Source: a virus (Duplodnaviria; Caudoviricetes). From it: 64,000 nt of DNA. The notes beneath the pieces are model-generated. The model did not search any database and was not told the origin of the DNA. It saw only the letters and a program-made list of their open reading frames with translations. Position numbers and translations under genes: made by a program. Positions 19,898-27,067 of the stretch are shown piece after piece. How positions within the stretch are numbered: position 1 is the first letter of the stretch; every line of letters starts with the position of its first letter. The DNA lies in the IMG/VR virus record IMGVR_UViG_3300034053_000029, positions 146,172-210,171 of that record. One strand, written 5' to 3'.

Positions 19898-20212
19898 TTA
19901 TCCAAAATATAATATATTGTCTGAAAATCTATCTCTTTTACATTCATGTAACACTTTTGGTATCTTGTGGTTGTCAAGCAAAGTACCAATCTCCAATTTA
20001 ATAACTTTATATGAATCGCATTGTATATCTATATACTTACCATTTTTCTCTTCATAAAAAGGTTTTTTGAATTTTAAAGCTAAAGCTCCATTCAGATTGC
20101 CCTCTAATGGTTCTTCATTTAATGCAGATTGTATCTCATTCAATTCTGTGTCATTCAATTCATAGAATCGATGAATTAAATCGGTTGCAACAATTTTTAA
20201 TGTAGTTATCAT
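19898..20212 (-). CDS. Hypothetical protein
   Basis: ATGA overlap with 20209..20769; AT-rich; no recognised motif. Confidence 0.65.
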   Translation of the reverse strand: MITTLKIVATDLIHRFYELNDTELNEIQSALNEEPLEGNLNGALALKFKKPFYEEKNGKYIDIQCDSYKVIKLEIGTLLDNHKIPKVLHECKRDRFSDNILYFG

Positions 20213-20769
20213 AATGTGTCCTTGCTCAATATAATGTGCTTATCAGAATCAATATCGTCTTCAAAATATTTATCTAGATGATCATTCAAGTTGCTATGAT
20301 CCAATTTCGTCAAAGATTTACCGTCATGATAATAAACGTGGTGCCCATCATCGAGTGCTCGTTTAGTCAATCTCTTCCACATACCATGAGCAGAATCAGA
20401 TTGAGTTTTATCTGTCTTTAGTGGTAAATTTGACTGTTTAAAATGATCATAAATCACATTAGTTGCATGATGTTTAGGTAAATCGCCATGCTTTACTACA
20501 CCAGTTTGTACTTCACATGGTATAGGACTATGAGTCTTTTTTATTGAACAGTAGTGTAATGTTTCTTGTTTGTCATGATCTAAAGTATGATATTCTGTTG
20601 TTCCTTTATATTCATCTCTATGAACTTTAACATTATGGGAAATGTGATTTATTATCGGAGAATCTTTTATAGCAACAAACATCTTTTTGCGTTCATGCTC
20701 TTGTTCTAATTGATTAGGCACATTTAACCTAAATGATTGTTCATTTAAATATTCTCTAAATGTTTTCAA
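20209..20769 (-). CDS. Putative internal head protein with T4-type capsid-targeting sequence; GNAT-like motif
   Basis: TTG start at 20769 overlapping the upstream TGA (TTGA) gives MKTFREYLNE|QSF; 19 His in 186 aa; LKTDKTQSDSAHGMWKRL motif. Confidence 0.7.
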   Translation of the reverse strand: MKTFREYLNEQSFRLNVPNQLEQEHERKKMFVAIKDSPIINHISHNVKVHRDEYKGTTEYHTLDHDKQETLHYCSIKKTHSPIPCEVQTGVVKHGDLPKHHATNVIYDHFKQSNLPLKTDKTQSDSAHGMWKRLTKRALDDGHHVYYHDGKSLTKLDHSNLNDHLDKYFEDDIDSDKHIILSKDTL

Positions 20770-21251
20770 TCTTTTTCCACCCAATTCAATTGGCATCCTT
20801 TTTTTATCAGTGCCATAACTATGTTTGCAGGTATCGGTTCAGATTCAACCACACCACCTTTTTGTAATATCGAACTAACATACTCAGCACATTGCCACTC
20901 ATCATTTTTACCAACAACGACTTTCTTGAAAAATGCTCGCAATGCTTCCATTCTTGAATATTTATTACCGACCAATGAAAGTGCATACTCTTCTAAATCA
21001 GCATGCCAATATTCATCTACGGGAATCCAATAGAACGGAACCTCTTTACTCAAAGGGAATATTCTGATCTTTGGTGATACTGCTTCGAGAATGAATACTC
21101 TTCCTGCAATAACCCAAGCGATACCCACATGAGTATATTCAGATCGAGTGAATATTCTGACCATTTGTGCTTCTAAGTGTTCCCAACTAGTATCCGTCCA
21201 AGCAAGAACGTCACCGGATTTGATTTTTGGGCGGGCGTCAGAGTATTTCAT
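20766..21251 (-). CDS. Permuted papain-like NlpC/P60 enzyme (YiiX/YebB-like)
   Basis: KSGDVL...IFTRSEYTHVGI...ILEA...VGNKY...WQCAEYV: His precedes Cys, as in the permuted family. Confidence 0.85.
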   Translation of the reverse strand: MKYSDARPKIKSGDVLAWTDTSWEHLEAQMVRIFTRSEYTHVGIAWVIAGRVFILEAVSPKIRIFPLSKEVPFYWIPVDEYWHADLEEYALSLVGNKYSRMEALRAFFKKVVVGKNDEWQCAEYVSSILQKGGVVESEPIPANIVMALIKKGCQLNWVEKD

Positions 21252-21784
21252 GGTAGTCTCGTACTTTTCATATGTGATTCCGTAAACATTGGGAACATTT
21301 TATTTTCTTTCAATGTTCTCTTTATTGTAGAGGTATGCATTTCATTTCCTCCAATATTTTCAAAATCATGATTTACATCATATCCATTGTGCTTACCAAT
21401 TCTATCTATTATTGGCTTTAATTTTTTATGTATGTCTGGTCGAGCAACTATCTTAATTGTTTTATCGCTATCGATTAAATCTTTTGCATAATGTAAAGCA
21501 GTTCCAATAAATTTTGGGTTTGGTGAAGAAAGTTTTGGTGGAGCATCTCCAGAAGAATTATCACTAGCTATATGATGAAGTTCGTGATAACCTTTTCGGA
21601 TAGCATGAATCAAATGTCCATTATCGCCTTCTAACTTAAATACTTTAACCGCACCAAATTTATGATCTTTATATGCTTCATCATTATTGAAATGATGTCT
21701 AACCATTTCTTCCATGTCTGGATCATGTTCCATTTTCCATGGCTTATCAAATAACTCAAACAAATACTCTTTAAAGGTGTTCAT
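21248..21784 (-). CDS. Putative internal head protein with T4-type capsid-targeting sequence
   Basis: MNTFKEYLFE|LFDKP; 15 His in 178 aa; additional L-K-E and F-T-E sites near the C-terminus. Confidence 0.7.
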   Translation of the reverse strand: MNTFKEYLFELFDKPWKMEHDPDMEEMVRHHFNNDEAYKDHKFGAVKVFKLEGDNGHLIHAIRKGYHELHHIASDNSSGDAPPKLSSPNPKFIGTALHYAKDLIDSDKTIKIVARPDIHKKLKPIIDRIGKHNGYDVNHDFENIGGNEMHTSTIKRTLKENKMFPMFTESHMKSTRLP

Positions 21785-22122
21785 TTCTTTTGTTCTTTTA
21801 CCGGTTCTTTATGTGCATGATGAAACTCGATATCCTTTTGTAGTTTCTCAATTCGCAAATATGCAATCTGCAATTCATGTTGAGTCTTCAAATCCTGCTG
21901 CTGATGCATGAATAGTAGAATGATTATACCAATAATGGATAACCATGTAACAAACATACCCCATGTGAAGAATGTTTTTAACATTCCAAGTTGATTGATT
22001 ATGTTATCATTTATCGTGTCAAAGATGCGAATCTTATCGATAACTCCACACTTGATGCAATGATCTTTTTCAACAATGCGTGGTCTGTGACGACGATCAA
22101 CGGTGATAGTTTCGTTTTCCAT
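21781..22122 (-). CDS. Single-pass inner-membrane protein with a C-terminal coiled coil
   Basis: TM segment FFTWGMFVTWLSIIGIIILLF; N-terminal DRR and CxxC (CIKC); ATG 2 nt after the porin stop. Confidence 0.7.
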   Translation of the reverse strand: MENETITVDRRHRPRIVEKDHCIKCGVIDKIRIFDTINDNIINQLGMLKTFFTWGMFVTWLSIIGIIILLFMHQQQDLKTQHELQIAYLRIEKLQKDIEFHHAHKEPVKEQKK

Positions 22123-22124
22123 GA

Positions 22125-23195
22125 TTAAAACCTATAAGTTAGTGTTAGGACATAAGTGTTCCATTTTTCACCTGATGAAATTGGGGATGTGTGTTTCTTC
22201 CATTCTCTACCTGATCCAATATGCCATTCTGCTGATATGGTAAATGAATCAATGAGTTTTGTCACACCAATATAGTTATCCTGATATGCTCTTGACGTTA
22301 CCTTGTTGTTACCGTATGAACGACCAACGTATGCGAACCAACTATCCGTGATACATTTACCTACCATGTAATTATATCCAACGGAATCAATGGAAGCAGT
22401 TTGTCTCCCTGATGCACTAAATCCTTTGGTGATACCATGATACCATTCGACTTGGGCAACAAAATCATTCTCGTTAGCGTATTGAACCCCAATCTTGTTG
22501 ATGTAGTATTCCATGTTGTCAATTGATCTGAATACTGCTTTTGCTATTGGAGAATTGTTATCTGCTTCTCCGGTCACTCTGTAATGATTTCTCGACACAT
22601 ACAAGTGCCAATTTTGCATTTCCATGTGACCCGATATATCATAATTGTTTGATGTGCTGTTATGGGTGTAACCAGGAACCAATCGATTGAATGCTTCATA
22701 GTGAAGATCAGTTTGTCTAGGAATGTTCGCCTTACCGTATGACACTTTGGTTTTATAAAGAACGTGATCTGTCTTGAATGTCATTTCGTTCTTGATGCCA
22801 TCCATCAATGTGAATGTGCCATTGAGCATACGGAATGAATAACCTGCAAATGGTAGGATTGCTTGACGATAATTAGCAGGTGAATCGGTGATGCCTTCGT
22901 AGAATGAATCCAAACGACTGAATCTACCAACTTGAAATGTAGTTTCAATGCGCTCCGATAATGGAATCGAATATTCCAAAACTGCTCTTCTGATGGTTTG
23001 ATCTTTGAATGTTGAGAGTTGAGTTCTCGCAGCAAAGGCACCGTTGAAGTAATCAACATTGACCGAAACTATCGTGCGAGGATCATGCCAATCGTGATCA
23101 CCAAACTGAGTCGTATATGCAAATCCAGTAACACTTGTCTCTGCAAATGCTGACGTTATGAAGAATGAGAGTAAAAAGAGAATGTGTTTCATCAT
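22125..23195 (-). CDS. Outer-membrane beta-barrel (porin-like) protein
   Basis: Signal peptide ending AFA|E; alternating beta-strand pattern throughout; C-terminal BAM-type signal YVLTLTYRF; QVGRF....FYE..D.P......LP...Y motif. Confidence 0.85.
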   Translation of the reverse strand: MMKHILFLLSFFITSAFAETSVTGFAYTTQFGDHDWHDPRTIVSVNVDYFNGAFAARTQLSTFKDQTIRRAVLEYSIPLSERIETTFQVGRFSRLDSFYEGITDSPANYRQAILPFAGYSFRMLNGTFTLMDGIKNEMTFKTDHVLYKTKVSYGKANIPRQTDLHYEAFNRLVPGYTHNSTSNNYDISGHMEMQNWHLYVSRNHYRVTGEADNNSPIAKAVFRSIDNMEYYINKIGVQYANENDFVAQVEWYHGITKGFSASGRQTASIDSVGYNYMVGKCITDSWFAYVGRSYGNNKVTSRAYQDNYIGVTKLIDSFTISAEWHIGSGREWKKHTSPISSGEKWNTYVLTLTYRF

Positions 23196-23665
23196 GGTGC
23201 TCCGTCATCGTAAATCTTGAATATTTCAACCTCACCAGTATTGATGATCATTTGGTTTGAATCTAGATATCCAATTGCCCCAATCGTTTTTGCCACTTTT
23301 CTAACGACATCTGCTTGGTTCTCTGCTTTGATGAAATATGCAGCATTACCCTTGTTGATGTATGTAGAGACATTTCTCTCAAATCGTGATACGGAAACAC
23401 CTAGCACTTTCTCACAAAATTCTTGGTGTTCCTTTGAATTGAAATCTTGATAGATCACCGTGATCTTCGTACCGTCATCCCAAAATCGTTTCTTCATAGT
23501 ATACATCCAGAATACTTCCAATTTGGATATTTGATGTGTGTGTTTAGGGATGATACTTTTGATGGGTGCGACTTCAGCAAACACTTTACCAGTAACCGGA
23601 CCTACCATTGCGATAGATGCTCCGATGAGGAATGGCAACCAGAATTTTCTAAGGAATTTAATCAT
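23192..23665 (-). CDS. Small periplasmic protein with a single-lobe type-2 periplasmic-binding-protein-like fold
   Basis: Signal peptide ending VFA|E; ISK.EV..MY..K.R.W.DG.KI.V......S..H.EFCEKVLG...G......EN..DV...VA.T.GAIGYLD; ATGA-coupled to the porin gene. Confidence 0.8.
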   Translation of the reverse strand: MIKFLRKFWLPFLIGASIAMVGPVTGKVFAEVAPIKSIIPKHTHQISKLEVFWMYTMKKRFWDDGTKITVIYQDFNSKEHQEFCEKVLGVSVSRFERNVSTYINKGNAAYFIKAENQADVVRKVAKTIGAIGYLDSNQMIINTGEVEIFKIYDDGAP

Positions 23666-24306
23666 TTAGGTAAACTAACCTGTTTCAATGCTCTGACGTT
23701 GGTTTGAATCAGCTCCATCTGTCTTTCATTCTCTGCAAAGCGATTATCCATCTTTTGTAGAGACACTTTCGTATCTGACATATGGGATTCTATGTCACTA
23801 AAATATTTGTAGAGGAAGTATTGGGCACCGGAACTGAATATGGCAAATGCAGCGAATATACCCTTGAAGAATGACACCCGACTATTGTAATCATCTTTCA
23901 GTGTTTTGAGTTTTTCGTTGGTGTCTTTGATGAGGTCTTGAATCGACGTATTGGTTACTTTGGTTGTAACTTCATGCTCTTTGTCATAAGCATCAAAGTC
24001 CTTGTTAATTGCATCAATTCTCTCATGTATGCGATCAACATTTTTCACTCTCTCAAGTTCGATCTTGTCAATTTTTGTTTCGACCAAAGCGATCTTTTTA
24101 TCAAGAAGATCACCAAGAATGGATACCGATCCTTCGACTTTTTTGATGTTCTCTGAGTTCTGACCTTGCTTCTCTTGAAGAACGGATACATTCTTCAATA
24201 AATCCATCAAGAGGTCTAGTTTTTTATCTTGCTCATTGAAACGCTTATTTGAGGTTTCAATAAATTGAGAGAGCATTCTCTCTAGCAGTTCGTCACTATT
24301 AGCCAT
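23662..24306 (-). CDS. Long coiled-coil protein with one transmembrane helix
   Basis: About 140-aa heptad region, TM FFKGIFAAFAIFSSGAQYFLY, then a second coiled coil; first gene after the late promoter at 24345-24352. Confidence 0.7.
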   Translation of the reverse strand: MANSDELLERMLSQFIETSNKRFNEQDKKLDLLMDLLKNVSVLQEKQGQNSENIKKVEGSVSILGDLLDKKIALVETKIDKIELERVKNVDRIHERIDAINKDFDAYDKEHEVTTKVTNTSIQDLIKDTNEKLKTLKDDYNSRVSFFKGIFAAFAIFSSGAQYFLYKYFSDIESHMSDTKVSLQKMDNRFAENERQMELIQTNVRALKQVSLPK

Positions 24307-24344
24307 TTAATTCGTCCATGAAGTTGTCTTCATTATTATTCTTA

Positions 24345-24352
24345 TATTTATC
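24345..24352 (-). promoter_or_regulatory. T4-type late promoter (GATAAATA) heading the 19015-24306 operon
   Basis: Intergenic; about 40 nt upstream of the ATG at 24306. Confidence 0.6.
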
Positions 24353-24380
24353 AATAACTAAAGTTGAACTCAGTTATTGA
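24351..24380 (-). terminator. AT-rich hairpin after 24388..24960 (terminator or processing site, uncertain)
   Basis: Perfect 9-bp inverted repeat TCAATAACT/AGTTATTGA with a 12-nt loop; no U-tract. Confidence 0.3.
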
Positions 24381-24387
24381 AGACCGC

Positions 24388-24960
24388 TTATGGCTTAGTA
24401 ATCTTCTTCCAGAATCCTGTTGGTGAAAAGACGAACATACATTTGCGATCTCTAGAAATATCGTTTCTGGACCAGAGTTTGTGTCCGAAGTTGAGCTTAG
24501 TGCAGTGAGTATCATTCCAATGATGATTGATGTATAATTGCCATGCATAGTCACATCTAGCGAAGAACCACCCACCCATAGTTAAGTCACCAGAGATTAA
24601 TCTAATGTCATTCTTGACAATCTCACCATTGATCTTACGTCTTCCCCATACCTTAACTTCATCACCTTCTTTGTATTGGAACGCTAAAACATCCCAGTCA
24701 AAAGAATATGCAGGATTGCGAAAATACCAAAATACTCTATTGACATACCTTTGCCAACGTGTTATGTTATCCCCTCTATATGGGGCATGATGTTCTTTAA
24801 ATGGTTCATCACCATCTGCGGTATTATCAGGAGTATCTAGATATTTTAACCATCGTGGAAGGTGTCCATTTTCTTGAACAAATAGCGCCCATATAGGAGA
24901 ACCAAGACCACCAATAATAGCCATTATAATATTTAATGGTAAATATAAAAACCAACGCAT
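24388..24960 (-). CDS. Conserved phage protein of unknown function (TPDNxxDGD family), N-terminal hydrophobic segment
   Basis: G.LP.WL.YLDTPDN..DGD...Y..RV.W..RNPAY.F motif that I recognise from proteins next to phage fibre genes; GGAG RBS. Confidence 0.75.
   Translation of the reverse strand: MRWFLYLPLNIIMAIIGGLGSPIWALFVQENGHLPRWLKYLDTPDNTADGDEPFKEHHAPYRGDNITRWQRYVNRVFWYFRNPAYSFDWDVLAFQYKEGDEVKVWGRRKINGEIVKNDIRLISGDLTMGGWFFARCDYAWQLYINHHWNDTHCTKLNFGHKLWSRNDISRDRKCMFVFSPTGFWKKITKP
24938..24945 (+). promoter_or_regulatory. Probable late promoter variant (GGTAAATA) for the + strand HNH gene
   Basis: Same octamer precedes the only other complete + strand gene (gp4); 35 nt upstream of the ATG at 24981, inside the antisense coding sequence. 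Confidence 0.45.
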
Positions 24961-24980
24961 ATTAAACTCCAGAGGAAATT

Positions 24981-25589
24981 ATGTTAAAAGATGAAACTAA
25001 TAATATTTATGGTAGATTGACTGTTATATCAAGATCAGAAAACTATAAAGATGGAACTGCAATGTGGAATTGTTTGTGTTCATGTGGAAATACAACTACC
25101 CAAAAAGGAACATTTTTGCGAAGTGGTACTGTAGTATCATGTGGATGTTACAATAATGATCTACATTCCACCCACAGAATGTCCAAATCTAAAGAATATA
25201 AAACTTGGCAAGGCATTAAAGAAAGATGTTGCAATGTTCATAGTGAGGATTATCTAAATTATGGAGCAAAAGGAATTACTGTGTGCGAAGAATGGAAAAA
25301 TTCATTTGAAAAATTCTTAGAAGATATGGGATCAAGACCAACAGGATGTTCAATAGATAGAATAGATAATTCAAAAGGATATTATTTAGAAAATTGTCGT
25401 TGGGCAACTGCAAAAGAACAAGCTATTAATAGATCATCAACACATTTTGTAACCATTAACGGCGTAACAAAAAGTTTAAGTGATTGGGGAAAATTTCTTG
25501 GTATGTCTCACGCTGCATTTAATAAAAGATTATCAAAAACTAATGATCCAAATAAACTACTTGCACCAAAAGATTCCAGATTCATATGA
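24981..25589 (+). CDS. Free-standing HNH homing endonuclease, antisense to the surrounding genes
   Basis: YGRLTV...W.CLCSCG...LRSG...SCGC...EY.TW.GIK.RC...YG.KGI.VC.EW...FE.FL.DMG.RP...SIDRIDN..GY..ENCRWAT.KEQ..NR; AGAGGA RBS. Confidence 0.9.
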   Translation: MLKDETNNIYGRLTVISRSENYKDGTAMWNCLCSCGNTTTQKGTFLRSGTVVSCGCYNNDLHSTHRMSKSKEYKTWQGIKERCCNVHSEDYLNYGAKGITVCEEWKNSFEKFLEDMGSRPTGCSIDRIDNSKGYYLENCRWATAKEQAINRSSTHFVTINGVTKSLSDWGKFLGMSHAAFNKRLSKTNDPNKLLAPKDSRFI

Positions 25590-25689
25590 TCCACCCTTCC
25601 TTGTTAGAGAAGAGTGGTAGGAATGGTGCTAATAGTGCGGATAACAGCACCATTAGAATGTTAGCGGGTAGTAAAAAGAACCATCTCAT
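25582..25689 (-). pseudogene. Truncated 5' copy (35 codons) of the TPDNxxDGD-family gene
   Basis: MRWFFLLPANILMVLLSALLAPFLPLFSNKEGWII* aligns without gaps to MRWFLYLPLNIIMAIIGGLGSPIWALFVQENGHLP (14/35 identical); ATGA-coupled to 25686..25913; similarity ends at the HNH stop codon. Confidence 0.8.
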
Positions 25690-25913
25690 GTTAGATTGGC
25701 TAACTGTGCTTGAATTGCAGCTAATTGAGCCTCTAGCTGTGCTCTCTGCACGTTAGGGTCTACTGGAACGTCTTCCCATACTCCATTAACGTATTTCTTT
25801 CCAATATATCCAAAACTAGCAGTCTCAATCATAGTATTCTTATTAACTATATTTGAGGTTTCTAATTCTGCAAAACAAATGTTTTGATTGTTTATTTCTG
25901 CATAATATGTCAT
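25686..25913 (-). CDS. Small fibre-associated chaperone-like protein
   Basis: Start reassigned to MTYYAEIN at 25913 (1 nt after the upstream stop); YA.I...NIC...IGKKY.NG.W plus a C-terminal coiled coil. Confidence 0.65.
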   Translation of the reverse strand: MTYYAEINNQNICFAELETSNIVNKNTMIETASFGYIGKKYVNGVWEDVPVDPNVQRAQLEAQLAAIQAQLANLT

Positions 25914-25914
25914 T

Positions 25915-26250
25915 TTAATAATACTCCGTAACTTCGTAACCAATATACACCGAATACCCACCTCCGGCTGCACTATTTAATGTGGCAGTAAGTGTTGTGC
26001 TGTTTGTTAATACTAAAGTAGCATGAGATGACCTAGACTCTGAGTATGAGGTAGTGCCTGTCCCAACGCCTGCCCAAGCTCTAGTGCCCGTGGGCCAGCT
26101 ACCTAAAATCCCCATGTACCTAAGAACTGACTTGCTAGTATTAGTACTAGATATAGTGGCTGTTCCTGATGAAGCATTAGCTGCAATAGTTATCCAACCA
26201 CGTTGTATGGACTTAATGTTTCCCGAAAAATTTTGACTTAAAGTAGACAT
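25915..26250 (-). CDS. Small fibre-tip/adhesin-like protein (MSTLSQ...IKSIQRG), paralogue 2
   Basis: IKSIQRG..T......TATISS.NTSKS.L...Y.V.EYY; TAATG-coupled. Confidence 0.65.
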   Translation of the reverse strand: MSTLSQNFSGNIKSIQRGWITIAANASSGTATISSTNTSKSVLRYMGILGSWPTGTRAWAGVGTGTTSYSESRSSHATLVLTNSTTLTATLNSAAGGGYSVYIGYEVTEYY

Positions 26251-26528
26251 TAAAAATACTCCACCACTATATATGTTACATCATATGTTTCTGTACCCGA
26301 AGTTGGTTTCTGGAAGGAAATCTGTGTACTACTAGTTAATTCACCCCCATAACACTGTGCGGATTGTCCTGTGCATTTAAATGATACCAGATGTAACTCC
26401 GATTTCGTTGTGACGACTGACGAAATAGTAACCGTTGTTGCGGCATCTCCATAAGAGCCATAAGAGGAATTTACCGTACCAGTTTGAATACTTTTAATTC
26501 TGGAATTAAATTGACTCAATGTGCTCAT
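26250..26528 (-). CDS. Small fibre-tip/adhesin-like protein (MSTLSQ...IKSIQTG), paralogue 1
   Basis: Start reassigned to 26528 (TAATG overlap); IKSIQTG...TVTISSV.T.KS.L...Y.VVEYF. Confidence 0.65.
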   Translation of the reverse strand: MSTLSQFNSRIKSIQTGTVNSSYGSYGDAATTVTISSVVTTKSELHLVSFKCTGQSAQCYGGELTSSTQISFQKPTSGTETYDVTYIVVEYF

Positions 26529-27067
26529 TACATAATCCTCCATTTACTAGTTGCATCTATATACCTTAGCTGCAATGTAGCATATGCACTATCAATAGTC
26601 ATATTAGTTGCATCACCATTAACACTTTGAGAATTGGTAGTAACATTTAATACGTTATCAACTCTACCATTGGCTACCGTCACCCATACAATATCCCCAG
26701 CTGCAGGAGTATGCAAAGTTACCGTGGTTGCTGCAGCGTTAGTTAATACATAATGATTATTTACCGCAGTTGTTTGAGTTGGGCCACTAACGACCACAAT
26801 GGTAGGTGCAACCGCAGATGCCGTAGCAGGTGCAGGAGTTTGCCAAGTAGCGGTCGTGCTACTTGTAGCCATTAACACTTGACCATTACTTGGAGCAGTT
26901 GCACCGCTAACAGAAACATCCGTAGTTGCAGACTTTAGCTTACCTGCGACGGTATTAGCTGTAGTAGTGACTCCAGTTCCTCCATTAACTACGGGGGTTA
27001 CGAAGTTAGGGTCTAAATCGGTTGCATTAACTAATTGATCTGTTGCCGCATTTCCAACGTAGCTCAT
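26528..27067 (-). CDS. Short fibre (cassette C base)
   Basis: MSYVGN anchor; PV.NGGTG and GQVLMA...ATWQTP shaft motifs; C-terminal TVTL.TP..GD.V.V...N...NG....L.Y.DA...W domain. Confidence 0.7.
   Translation of the reverse strand: MSYVGNAATDQLVNATDLDPNFVTPVVNGGTGVTTTANTVAGKLKSATTDVSVSGATAPSNGQVLMATSSTTATWQTPAPATASAVAPTIVVVSGPTQTTAVNNHYVLTNAAATTVTLHTPAAGDIVWVTVANGRVDNVLNVTTNSQSVNGDATNMTIDSAYATLQLRYIDATSKWRIM

Noticed and set aside
23192-23665. PstS phosphate-binding auxiliary metabolic gene
   Set aside because: PstS is a two-lobed protein of over 300 aa; this is 157 aa, one lobe, coupled to a porin, with no other phosphate genes in the window.
19353-24306. Canonical holin-endolysin-spanin lysis cassette
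   Set aside because: No recognisable endolysin, no lipobox-bearing o-spanin and no nested Rz/Rz1 arrangement; the membrane proteins are only architecturally holin-like.
25591-25654. Hairpins (25622-25630 with 25646-25654, and about 25591-25617) as an ncRNA or terminator
   Set aside because: They lie within the coding remnant, have no U-tract and may be incidental; they could at most terminate the + strand HNH transcript.
24961-25689. Group I intron containing the HNH gene and splitting the TPDNxxDGD-family gene
   Set aside because: The downstream copy is complete with its own RBS and start, the HNH is antisense, and I see no group I core (P7, terminal G) elements.
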